The position numbers were made by a program, and so were the translations under genes. The notes below the pieces were generated by a model. That model did no database searches. It worked only from the letters and a program-made list of their open reading frames with translations, and was not told where the DNA came from. From Bdellovibrionota bacterium (GTDB lineage: Bacteria; Bdellovibrionota_C; UBA2361; JAAYZI01), in contig JBMNIF010000002.1 in NCBI GenBank assembly GCA_050950765.1, positions 1,056,001 through 1,120,000 on the forward strand: a stretch of 64,000 bases of DNA, read 5' to 3'. Every line of letters begins with the position of its first letter. Within the stretch, counting starts at the first letter, position 1. Positions 49,205-58,996 of the stretch are shown piece by piece.

Positions 49205-50338
49205 TTAAAAGTACACCATGTTCATCGCTGCTCGAACTTCATTTAATGTTTTAGCACCTTCTTCTCGAGCTTTTTCATTCCCAATTTTAAGATAATCCGC
49301 AACAGTTGTAAGATCTTTTGCAAACTCGGCACGACGTTGCCTAATAGGTTCAAGGTAGGCGTTAAGCGCATCTGTTAAGTATTGCTTAAGTTTTCCAGCC
49401 CCTCCATCACCAATTTTATCTGCAATATTTTGAGGTGTTTCATTAGAACATAACGCTGCTAGCCTAAGAAGGTTCGATACTTCAGGACGCTTTTCCGGAT
49501 CGTAAGTGATTAAACGCTCACTATCAGTCTTGGCTTTCTTAATCGCCGCTTTGGTAACGTCCGCTGTGTCTGAAATAAAGATAGCATTCCCTCTACTTTT
49601 GCTCATCTTCTGTTCACCGTCTAATCCCAAGACGACAGGAAAGTCGCTTAAAAGGGCATCTGGTGCCGGAAAAATAGGTTTTTTAGGAGAGAAGCGTTCA
49701 TTAAAACGGCGAGCGATCTTTCTTGTTACTTCAAGGTGTGGCAGTTGATCTTTTCCTACCGGCACGAGATTCGCTTTGCAAAAAAGGATATCGGCAGCTT
49801 GATGTACTGGGTATGTGTACATTGAAGCGGGAATTGTACGTAATTTAGCAGATCGGATCTCCTCCTTAACAGTAGGGTTCTTATCAAGCTCTGCAATGGA
49901 AATTAAAGGGAAAAATGATAGTAGTAACTGATTTAACTCTGGCACTTGACTGTGACAAAAAATAAAAGTCTTAGCGGTATTCGGAGTTAATCCAACAGCA
50001 AGATAGTCGAGGATCAACTCTTTGACTGTTTCAGGAAGGTTTTTAGCAGTTTCTCTATCCGTAAAAACTTGATAGTCAGCTATTAAAATAAAAGTTGTAA
50101 CCCCCATGTTCTGAATGCGGACTCTATTTTGTAACGAACCAAAAAGGTGCCCTATATGTAAAGATCCGGTCGGACGATCCCCTGTTAAAACTTTATACTT
50201 TGAAGGGGCAAGGGGTAGTTCTTTATAAATTTCGTTGCTACGTCGTTTGGCTGCTTCAAAAGTTTTTAAACTAATAACGTAGTCTTGCGCAGTATTCGTT
50301 TCTTCCTGCTGATTATTTAAACTTAACTCTTTTTCCAT
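49205..50338 (-). CDS. trpS: Tryptophan--tRNA ligase
   Basis: TGDRPTG.LHIGH, YPVHQAADIL, VPVGKDQ, KMSKS. Confidence 0.97.
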   Translation of the reverse strand: MEKELSLNNQQEETNTAQDYVISLKTFEAAKRRSNEIYKELPLAPSKYKVLTGDRPTGSLHIGHLFGSLQNRVRIQNMGVTTFILIADYQVFTDRETAKNLPETVKELILDYLAVGLTPNTAKTFIFCHSQVPELNQLLLSFFPLISIAELDKNPTVKEEIRSAKLRTIPASMYTYPVHQAADILFCKANLVPVGKDQLPHLEVTRKIARRFNERFSPKKPIFPAPDALLSDFPVVLGLDGEQKMSKSRGNAIFISDTADVTKAAIKKAKTDSERLITYDPEKRPEVSNLLRLAALCSNETPQNIADKIGDGGAGKLKQYLTDALNAYLEPIRQRRAEFAKDLTTVADYLKIGNEKAREEGAKTLNEVRAAMNMVYF

Positions 50339-50492
50339 GACACCTTCCTTAGGTTTATCTTTCACACACACTAGAAGATAGCAAAATATAAATAAATCAG
50401 AAATTATAGTTTTCCGTGATAGCGCGATAATAATATTTTTGCAACGAGAGTTTAGTCTCTCATCCTGTTGTTAACTTGCCAAATGGTAATTA

Positions 50493-52694
50493 CTAGAATG
50501 TATAATGTTCCATAACTGCTCTTTTTGTTCCTCGATCTGGAAAAACAGCCATATATGCTAAACAAAATGGCGGAATATTTAGATACAAAACTTCATTTTC
50601 TTCCGAGAAAAACGGCTGTTTCGCGTTAGTTCCTTGATTCGAATTAAAGATCAATTCATAATATTCTTCTTTTTCATGAAAACCAGTCCAAGGGAGGTGT
50701 ACTCTATAATTTTTCTCAGTAATGTTTGCAAACGCCACAATATTAACATCTGAAGTGTTAACATCTGGTATATCTTTGAACTTCATACCGTAGAAATGAA
50801 GAACATAATCTCTTGAGTTGTGTGGGTCGAGGGGAAAGACACCAGTTCTCTGGGTGATAGATCTTGAAAATTTTACGATAGCATCAAAAGAATCTCTCCA
50901 TTCCCTACTAATATCACTGTTTAAATCACTATCCTTTATCTTTGCACATTTAAAAGTTTCGGGATTGCTTGGATCATATTCAGTTAGCGCATTATAAGTT
51001 TCCTCTGTGATTTTGCCTTCATTATAATATTCTTCTAGCTTCTCAATAGTACCGTCCCAGATGCAGTTATCTCTCGGAAAACTAGGCCCGACTTGGAGAA
51101 ATCCACGATCTTTTTCGTTGTGAACATGAGCAAAATGTAATTCGGTAAGGCGATTACGCCTTATTTCAGCCGTAACATCACTTCCATCCTTCTTAGGGAG
51201 TCGTTGCTGAAAAAACGGGAAAGGAGAGGATAGAACGCCCTCTTCATCGCCATTAAAAATAACAAAATTTCCAGGGGTAAGCATACCGATACTTAAATAT
51301 AGTCTAGCTGCTGACATGCCGATCTCTCTACCGGTCTTTTCGTCGTTGTATCCCTTAATGTATTTTTCAGTCCAAATATCAAGTAGCTCTTGAGGAAATC
51401 TTTTGTGAGGATATCTATTCCCAGGACAATCATGATTGTAGCCAAAGTGTGACTGAGGATCAAATTTCAGCAGCTCCCAAACTCTATAAGCCAGATCTAC
51501 CTTATTTGCCTCTTGAAGATACCCTTCTCTATATTCCTCGGGAATAAGAGTGGCATAAAAATGAGTAAGCCAAGAGCCGTTATCAAAACATTTATTGTGT
51601 GGGTTATTGAAATAACCTCTATCTCTGAGACCTTGCAACCTACCAGAATTAGATCCTGGCCCTTCATAGATAATTATAGTATTCGGATTGATCTCCCTGC
51701 AGCGAGAGATTAGTTCCCACACAAAGTCATCTGGCAGAAGGTGCGCAGCATCAAGTCGTAAACCATCTACATGGTAAGTTCTTATAAGGAACTCAGCATT
51801 GCGGATCATAAATTCGCGAAACCCAGGGTTATCAAAGTTGATGTTGTTACCCCAGTCGTTTTTGGTGTCTTTCAGGACATCATCACCAAAAAGGAGATCC
51901 TGACTTCTGATATCACCACTAAAGTGGTTATAAACCACGTCTAAAATAACACGTAACCCAAGTCCGTGCGCAGTATCTACTAGTGCCATCAGATCATCTG
52001 GGGTGCCATAGTTTTGAGATACCGCATAGGGGTTTGTAACTCCATCATAGCCCCAGTTAAATTCTCCTGGGTAAGGAGATAACGGTGAAAGCTTTACGGC
52101 ATCAAAACCTCTTTTACGTATATCCTTTAAGCGTTCGGTTAAGGCTTTAAATGTGCCGTCTTCCGTTCTGGTTCCAACATGGCATTGTGAAATTACTAGC
52201 TTCGATCCTTCCTCAAGCGATCCTTCCTCAAGTGATTCAAGTTTGGGGTATTTGAATTGATAAGCATCGAGATCCCTGATCTGACCATACGCCAAAGGAT
52301 CGTCATGATGTCTGACACCGTTTGGTAGATACCGTGCAGCAGGGTCAACAAATTCCGTAACTGTTCCATCCTTTTTTTTAGTCCGTAGACGGTAGAATGA
52401 GCCTACCGGAATATCAACGATATCGACAAATCCATTACCTTCATCATCTCTTGAAAGTGGGATGCAGCGTTGTTCTTCCCCTTTAGCATTAACCACAATA
52501 ACAGAGAGCTCTTCTATTTGAGGGCTTACTTTTGGATAACAAAAAATAATACGTCCATCTGGTAATACTGTTGGACCGTAAGGCATCTTGGAATCGGATA
52601 TGTTTAATGCGTTTAGTTCTTCGGAAACAGTATTATTTTGAGATGCATGGTTGGCAGCATCTTCTTTAGATACATGGTGGGCAGTAAACGACAT
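50493..52694 (-). CDS. GH13 alpha-amylase family enzyme, TreZ/branching-enzyme-like
   Basis: WGYDG, LDVVYNH, GLRLDAAH, IIYE, NHD, PFPFF. Confidence 0.85.
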   Translation of the reverse strand: MSFTAHHVSKEDAANHASQNNTVSEELNALNISDSKMPYGPTVLPDGRIIFCYPKVSPQIEELSVIVVNAKGEEQRCIPLSRDDEGNGFVDIVDIPVGSFYRLRTKKKDGTVTEFVDPAARYLPNGVRHHDDPLAYGQIRDLDAYQFKYPKLESLEEGSLEEGSKLVISQCHVGTRTEDGTFKALTERLKDIRKRGFDAVKLSPLSPYPGEFNWGYDGVTNPYAVSQNYGTPDDLMALVDTAHGLGLRVILDVVYNHFSGDIRSQDLLFGDDVLKDTKNDWGNNINFDNPGFREFMIRNAEFLIRTYHVDGLRLDAAHLLPDDFVWELISRCREINPNTIIIYEGPGSNSGRLQGLRDRGYFNNPHNKCFDNGSWLTHFYATLIPEEYREGYLQEANKVDLAYRVWELLKFDPQSHFGYNHDCPGNRYPHKRFPQELLDIWTEKYIKGYNDEKTGREIGMSAARLYLSIGMLTPGNFVIFNGDEEGVLSSPFPFFQQRLPKKDGSDVTAEIRRNRLTELHFAHVHNEKDRGFLQVGPSFPRDNCIWDGTIEKLEEYYNEGKITEETYNALTEYDPSNPETFKCAKIKDSDLNSDISREWRDSFDAIVKFSRSITQRTGVFPLDPHNSRDYVLHFYGMKFKDIPDVNTSDVNIVAFANITEKNYRVHLPWTGFHEKEEYYELIFNSNQGTNAKQPFFSEENEVLYLNIPPFCLAYMAVFPDRGTKRAVMEHYTF

Positions 52695-52983
52695 AACCTG
52701 CTTTAACTACAAAAACTACACATAAAACTACACGATAAAAAATCGTATAGATCACAGCTACAAGGTGGCGTGTCTTTTTAAAAATTAAAAAATACACCTT
52801 CACCTAATAATTGCTCTCTGCTCCGTTTTATACGTTATAAAAACATATTATTCAAGCAGCTGCGCTCGTATAACATACCAGAATCGTTATTGATAGAGGT
52901 TATTGATACTTTTTATTGAATGTTTTAATTGGGTTATACAATAGTGAAAGATTAGAATAAATTTAATCCTAATAGATCTCAAA

Positions 52984-54294
52984 ATGAAAATTTTATTAGT
53001 AAATCCTCCTGTTTATGATTTTTCTGCTTACGATTTCTGGTTAAAACCTTACGGCTTGTTGCGGATCGGTGGCTACTTACGGAGTTGTGCCGAGGTGACT
53101 TTGTTCGATTTTATGGATAGACGGAGCCGTTTTTTAAGCGAATCACAAAAAATCACTGATAGAGACGCCTTCGGTAGGGGCGGATATTACTGGCAGCCTG
53201 CACAAAAGCCTCCTGAATATAAAGATGTGAAAGGTTCTTATAAACGTTTTGGAGTTCCTGAAGGTGCTTTTATTAACGTATTGCAAGGAGATAGGTTCAA
53301 TGCCGTCTTTATTACTTCTGCGATGACGTATTGGTATCTCGGGATTAAGGAGGTGATACAAAATGTAAGGAAGTATCAACCGCACGCCACTATTTTTTTA
53401 GGTGGTATTTATGCCACCCTCTGCGCTGCGCATGCAGAAAAACTTGGTGCTGATTATGTATTAAGTGGAAATCTCACAGAAGAAAAAAATCTTTCGTGCG
53501 TTAAAGATCTTTTCGGTGCAGATCTAAATTTTGCAGCGTTACCGTATTGGGAGGGGTATTCTGAATTACTTTACGGGATATTAAAACTTAATGATGGCTG
53601 CCCATTAAATTGCAGCTACTGTTCCGTTAAACAGTTTTATCCGAAGTTTTGTCATCGTGATTTAAAAAATATTTTGGAAGAGTATGATTTTTTGTTAAAA
53701 AAAGGTGCGAAAAATATAGCTTTTTATGATGATGCACTCCTAGTAGATCCTGAAAAGGTGTTCCTTCCTTTTTTGGAGAAAGCGCATGCAAAAGAACCGA
53801 ATATGCTTTTTCATGTGCCTAATGCTGTGCATGTTAATCTGATTACTGCGGAGATGTCAGCAAAACTAAAATACTTTGGGTTTAAAAAAATCTTTCTCGG
53901 GTTTGAAAGCACCTCCTTCAGGTGGCAGAAAGAGACGGGAGGGATTACAGGGAATAAGACTGATGTTGAAAATTTTAAAAAAGCGGTCTTCAACTTAAAA
54001 AATGCAGGTTTCTCCGCTAAAGATTTAACTGCTTATCTGATGGTCGGACATCCGCAGCAGTTAGAGCAAGAGATAATAGATTCTGTTGAATTCGTAGCGA
54101 GTTGTGGCATTCGTTCTATGTTAGCAGAGTTCTCGCCGATTCCAGGAACTCCCGACGGGGAAGCCTGCGCAGATATCGTTGATCTGACAGAGCCGCTCTA
54201 TCATAACAGCTCTGTTTTTCCGTTATTTTCCTTAGGGCAAGAAAAGGTGCAACGGATAAAAGATCTCGTGCGAGAGCGTAATGCCGCTTTGTAG
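52984..54294 (+). CDS. B12-binding domain radical SAM protein
   Basis: GCPLNCSYC (CxxxCxxC); N-terminal ILLVNP...LGGIYATL; FYDD. Confidence 0.9.
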   Translation: MKILLVNPPVYDFSAYDFWLKPYGLLRIGGYLRSCAEVTLFDFMDRRSRFLSESQKITDRDAFGRGGYYWQPAQKPPEYKDVKGSYKRFGVPEGAFINVLQGDRFNAVFITSAMTYWYLGIKEVIQNVRKYQPHATIFLGGIYATLCAAHAEKLGADYVLSGNLTEEKNLSCVKDLFGADLNFAALPYWEGYSELLYGILKLNDGCPLNCSYCSVKQFYPKFCHRDLKNILEEYDFLLKKGAKNIAFYDDALLVDPEKVFLPFLEKAHAKEPNMLFHVPNAVHVNLITAEMSAKLKYFGFKKIFLGFESTSFRWQKETGGITGNKTDVENFKKAVFNLKNAGFSAKDLTAYLMVGHPQQLEQEIIDSVEFVASCGIRSMLAEFSPIPGTPDGEACADIVDLTEPLYHNSSVFPLFSLGQEKVQRIKDLVRERNAAL

Positions 54295-54404
54295 CGGGTA
54301 GAATAACGGTATGTAAAGACCGCTACGAGATAATTTAAAAAATCAGGTAAGGCAGGAAGGAGGTAAAAAAGATACAAAAGAAAAGAAAGAAAGGTGAAAA
54401 AGAG

Positions 54405-54478
54405 TGGCTCCACCTGGGCTCGAACCAGGGACCCACCGGTTATGAGCCGGTTGCTCTGACCAACTGAGCTATAGAGCC
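54405..54478 (-). tRNA. tRNA with CAT anticodon, probably tRNA-Ile2 (lysidine); CCA not encoded
   Basis: GGCTCTATAGCTCAG...ACCGG-CTCATAA-CCGGT...GGTTCGAGCCCAGGTGGAGCCA; G1-C72 is paired, so not an initiator. Confidence 0.9.
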
Positions 54479-54855
54479 ATTTTATTACGGCGTATCACTG
54501 CACCATATCATCACGTTCATATCATTATGATAGGGCGTTATTTTAATTCAAGCACTTTCGAAGTGACACGAATCCTTAGGTGTTTATAGTAACATCTAAA
54601 AGATGTCGTATAATAAATAATCTCCAGTAGTTGTCAAGGATAGTAGTAGCTTTTGCTGGGAAAAGTCTTGAAAATTTTAATGATTTCCATCAGGAAAAAT
54701 TAAAAAGCTAATATTGAAAAAATTGTGCTATATGCTTTTTTCAGTAAATATGGTGTAATGACAACGGTTAGATTGGTTTGTAATAGAGACAGCGGGTAGA
54801 GGACGGTTCCTGTTACTTTGTGAGAATATGAAGATATGATTATGGGTGCGATCTG

Positions 54856-55581
54856 ATGAGTACACAACTTACAGAAACGATAAAAAAATTATTGGCAATA
54901 AGTAAAATAGATTCTTCCCTAGCAGGGATTGCTGCTCAAAAGAAGGGGCTTGAAGTACAATTAAAAGAGAAAAAAGAGGCACTTAATAGTGCCTCTTTTG
55001 ATCACGGTAAAAAATTATCTGAGTTTGAAAGTAAGCGTGATACTTACGCTAAAGAGGAGAAACGTTTAAAAGAACAACAGCAGAAACTTGTTGATAGACG
55101 CAAAGCACTAATTACTCTTGGGAGTTATAAATTGCAGATGGCAGCAGAACGGGAGATAGAGGCTTCTGCCAAACAGCTAGGTGCTCAAGAGGATCTCTTA
55201 TTAAAAGGGTTAGAGTCGTTGAGTGAGTTAGAGAGTGCTGCTAATGCCGCTCAGGAATTTTACAACACCGTAAAGAAAGATTTTGACGAATTCACAAAAG
55301 AGTGCCGAGCGACACTCGAAAATATGAAAAAACGCACTGCGGAATATGCTACCGAAAAAGCTGCTCTCATTCCTGATATTGAAGCACGAGATCTGGAAAC
55401 TTATAACAGAATTGCACAGAGGTATCCTATGGATCCTATTGTACCGTTAAAACAACTTTCTTGTGGTGGTTGTTGTCTTGAGCTGGGCCCTCAAGCGATG
55501 GTTGAACTATCACGCGCAAATTCCTTAGTCCGTTGCCGTGCTTGCGGTAGAATTTTATATATGGAAGAAGGTGAAGAGTAG
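54856..55581 (+). CDS. Coiled-coil protein with C-terminal C4 zinc ribbon (CT398/DUF164-like)
   Basis: Long coiled coil, then CGGC...CRACGRILY. Confidence 0.88.
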   Translation: MSTQLTETIKKLLAISKIDSSLAGIAAQKKGLEVQLKEKKEALNSASFDHGKKLSEFESKRDTYAKEEKRLKEQQQKLVDRRKALITLGSYKLQMAAEREIEASAKQLGAQEDLLLKGLESLSELESAANAAQEFYNTVKKDFDEFTKECRATLENMKKRTAEYATEKAALIPDIEARDLETYNRIAQRYPMDPIVPLKQLSCGGCCLELGPQAMVELSRANSLVRCRACGRILYMEEGEE

Positions 55582-55636
55582 CTAGCGCTACCCACCAGCG
55601 CTAAAGCCAGTGCAAAAAACTCTAAAATTACGATAT

Positions 55637-56654
55637 CTAATAATATCAATATATTAGCAAAAGTTCAGAATTCGGCAGTTTTGGTGCCACCCACCAAGAA
55701 CAACTGAACGGGCTGCAACTGCAAAACGAAGTAGCTAGATCTGTACGGAAAAATTTGGTGCCACCCTTCAGTTAAAGGCGGGCAAAATTTGGTGCCACCC
55801 TTCTTTTTTTACCGCTTTGACGACTTAGGGTAAAAAATTTGGTGCCACCCTTTAGTAAAAGTGGGTGTCCTAATTGGCACCTAATAATATCAATATATTA
55901 GCAGAAGCTTAGAATTCGGTAGATCTGGTGCCACCCTTCAAGGACGATCGAACGGGCTGCAATGGAAACAGATCGGTTAGGTCTGTACGGAGGTCAAAAA
56001 TCTGAAAATCTGGTGCCACCCACCAGTGACGATCGAACGGGCTGCAATGGAAACAGATCGGTTAGGTCTGTACGGAGGTCAAAAATTTGGTGCCACCCTT
56101 CTTTTTTACCGCTTTGACGACTTGGGTGACTGGTAAATTTGGGGTAGATCTGGTGCCACCCACCAGTAAGACGGGTTCTGCTGACTTTGGCAGGGCTTGG
56201 ATCTGGCTTGGATCTGGTGCCACCCTTCTTTTTTACCGCTTTGACGACTTAGGCGACTGGACGAATTTGGTGCCACCCACTAAGAACAACTGAACGGGCT
56301 GCAACTGCAAAACGAAGTAGCTAGGTCTGTACGGAGGTCAAAAATTTGGTGCCACCCACTAAGAACAACTGAACGGGCTGCAACTGCAAAACGAAGTAGC
56401 TAGGTCTGTACGGAGGTCAAAAATTTGGTGCCACCCACTAAGAACAACTGAACGGGCTGCGACTGCAAAACGAAGTAGCTAGTTTTCTACGGAGGTCAAA
56501 AATTTGGTGCCACCCACTAAGAACAACTGAACGGGCTGCAACTGCAAAACGAAGTAGCTAGATCTGTACGGAGGTAAAAAATCTGGTGCCACCCTTCAAG
56601 GACGATCGAACGGGCTGAAACACTACGGAGGTCAAAAGTGGGTGTCCTAATTGG
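55637..56654. repeat. Mosaic intergenic repeat array with 14 TGGTGCCACCC cores
   Basis: Cores at 55682, 55756, 55790, 55840, 55926, 56011, 56088, 56151, 56215, 56268, 56347, 56426, 56505, 56584. Confidence 0.95.
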
Positions 56655-56667
56655 AAATTTGGTTTTT

Positions 56668-57750
56668 TTAGCGGATAAAGAGTAAATTTATTATAAAAAG
56701 TGCGATTACACCGATTGCAGCGGGGATTATAATATCCCAAGGGATCTTGTTTTTCTGTTTTTTTCTCCGCCTTTTACCTTTCTTTGTAGTGCTATTGTCG
56801 TCAGTTACTTGCAGCGGTGTTTCTGAAACTTGCGCTTCTAACTTCTTACCCTGAACATCTTTCTGAAGTGAGGATGCGTTTTTTAAAGTCAGTGCTTTTG
56901 CCACCCCCTCTGTGCTTGGTTTAGCTGGAGCTTCATCTTGTAGTCTCAAACTCTCTATCTCAAGATCCTTTTTTTCCTCAAAATCTAGGTGCTCCTCCTC
57001 TATCTCAAAATTCTTTTTCCCCTTAAAATCTAAGTGACCATCTTCCACCAATCCAAGATCTTCTGTCTCCTCGAAACTTAAGCGATCCTCTTCCACCAAT
57101 CCAAGTTCTTCTCTCTCTTTGAAATCCAAAAGATCCTTTTCGGAGGTTGTTTCAGAAACTGTGTCTTCTGAAATTTTATCAGACTCTTCCTTAATACCCT
57201 GTTCCGCATCCAAGAACTCAAACATCAGATCTGGCTCAGTAGAAGATGGTTCTAAGCTCTTCTCAGAGATGACATCCTCTTCTATCGGTTCATTTTTTAT
57301 GGCTTCTTCTAATAATTTACTTAAATCCTCTTCTTCTAACCAATGTGATAAACACGACGTTTTTGCTTGACTCTCTACCTCTGTGTTTGGTGTGACTGGT
57401 GTTAAAGGTTCATCTTTTTCTTCTTCAAATTCAAATGAGATCTCTTCCATCTCTTCCGTTAGAAGATCTTCTTTAAGATCTTCTTGTAAATTACCAATCT
57501 CCTCATTTTGCTCAAAGTAGCGCAGGTCAGTAATGGCTCCCGCCGCATTTAATAGCGCTTGAGCTGTAAAAATCTCCGTTTCTGACTCTGATTGGATGAT
57601 TTTTGAGGGGGGAGCCTCTAAAATTTGCAAAATATTGTCAACAGATAGCCCCAAATCTGCGATAAAGACAGACTTAACCTTTCTTAAGGTGTCTGCGTCA
57701 TCGTTTTGTAGCCCTGAGAATATAAGTTCGATCTTTGTTGCGTTTGTCAT
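56668..57750 (-). CDS. Hypothetical acidic protein with C-terminal TM anchor and internal repeats
   Basis: Glu/Asp-rich linker, LGLVE repeats, basic patch then hydrophobic C-terminus. Confidence 0.75.
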   Translation of the reverse strand: MTNATKIELIFSGLQNDDADTLRKVKSVFIADLGLSVDNILQILEAPPSKIIQSESETEIFTAQALLNAAGAITDLRYFEQNEEIGNLQEDLKEDLLTEEMEEISFEFEEEKDEPLTPVTPNTEVESQAKTSCLSHWLEEEDLSKLLEEAIKNEPIEEDVISEKSLEPSSTEPDLMFEFLDAEQGIKEESDKISEDTVSETTSEKDLLDFKEREELGLVEEDRLSFEETEDLGLVEDGHLDFKGKKNFEIEEEHLDFEEKKDLEIESLRLQDEAPAKPSTEGVAKALTLKNASSLQKDVQGKKLEAQVSETPLQVTDDNSTTKKGKRRRKKQKNKIPWDIIIPAAIGVIALFIINLLFIR

Positions 57751-57886
57751 AAGTAGCGTTCATTTCAATAGTATTATTGATTACTGTCGTTAGAGAGATA
57801 GATGCTAATTTTTGTCAGAGAGGTACATAAAAAAGACGGACACCTTAATATATAACTATTTTTTTGTTTAATAGGTTGCTTTTACT

Positions 57887-58990
57887 ATGAATAATATTGA
57901 AATTGACGAAGCGGTTGTGGCTGTTTTAGCGTTGGATCTCTCCTCTTCCGAAAGAGAACATTATCGGGAATTGTTAAAAGATCTCTCAAGTCCAGCTGAA
58001 CTCTTAACTAAAAAAGATCTCAGTGAAACTTTATCGAAGTTACAACATAATCTTAACTCATCAGAAATTATAACAAAAACGAGAGAGGATATCTTACGGT
58101 GGCAAAGAGAAGGGATAAATATTGTCGCTCTTGGAACTCCTGCCTATCCGAGAAAGTTATCATTTATCCATGATGCGCCACTTGCGCTCTTTTATAAGGG
58201 GGAGCTCCCCAAAAGCCTTAATGAAGGCTCCACTTTGGCTGTGGTCGGATCTAGAAAGGCTGACTTAACCATCTGTAAATACGCTTACGATCTGGCAAGA
58301 AGCGCAGCAGAGATCGGTCTGTGCGTTATTAGTGGACTCGCTTACGGAATCGATGCGCGCGCTCATCACGGGGCTTTAGATTCAAAGGTAGCAGCCGCAA
58401 CCGTAGCGGTACTTGGTAGCGGTTTAAAACACCTCTATCCTGCCATTCATAGAGATCTGGCAAAGCGGATTATCGATAATGGCGGTGCACTTATTAGCCA
58501 ATTCTTGCCGGATGTTTCTCCATTACCTCCTAACTTTCTCAATAGAAATAGGATCATCGCGGGACTCTCTGATGGTGTTTTAGTGATTCAAGCCGGTGAA
58601 AGGTCAGGCTCTCTCTCAACGGCACGCTATGCTATGGAAGAGGGGAGAGATGTTCTGGTTTGCCCTGGTGCTTACGGGGATAAACGGTTTGCTGGATCTC
58701 ACCGTTTGATTAAACAGGGAGCTTACTTGGTTTCTGAGTTTGATGATATCGCTGCTATCTTCCCTGAAATGGCGAAAAATGTAGCCGCACTTAATGAGGA
58801 GGTAGGTAGTGCAGAGGGAGTCTCTAGTGATACAGCGGAGATCCTTGCTCTACTAAAAGACGGCCCCCTCGAGATAGAGTATCTACTTGATAAATTACCA
58901 GATTTATTAAACCCGCAACAAAAACTCTTAGAGTTAGAATTATCTGAAAAAATTATCTGTTTACCGGGTAATAAAATCGCTAAAGCGTAA
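57887..58990 (+). CDS. dprA: DNA-protecting protein DprA
   Basis: AVVGSR, SGLAYGID..AH, RNRIIAGLS, SGSLSTA. Confidence 0.96.
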   Translation: MNNIEIDEAVVAVLALDLSSSEREHYRELLKDLSSPAELLTKKDLSETLSKLQHNLNSSEIITKTREDILRWQREGINIVALGTPAYPRKLSFIHDAPLALFYKGELPKSLNEGSTLAVVGSRKADLTICKYAYDLARSAAEIGLCVISGLAYGIDARAHHGALDSKVAAATVAVLGSGLKHLYPAIHRDLAKRIIDNGGALISQFLPDVSPLPPNFLNRNRIIAGLSDGVLVIQAGERSGSLSTARYAMEEGRDVLVCPGAYGDKRFAGSHRLIKQGAYLVSEFDDIAAIFPEMAKNVAALNEEVGSAEGVSSDTAEILALLKDGPLEIEYLLDKLPDLLNPQQKLLELELSEKIICLPGNKIAKA

Positions 58991-58996
58991 AGCTTA

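Noticed and set aside
56087..56293. 68 aa ORF within the repeat array
   Set aside because: By-product of the repeats; the other units contain stop codons
55637..56654. CRISPR array
   Set aside because: The conserved core is only 11-15 bp, spacing is irregular (34-86 bp), spacers are re-used, and no cas genes are in the window
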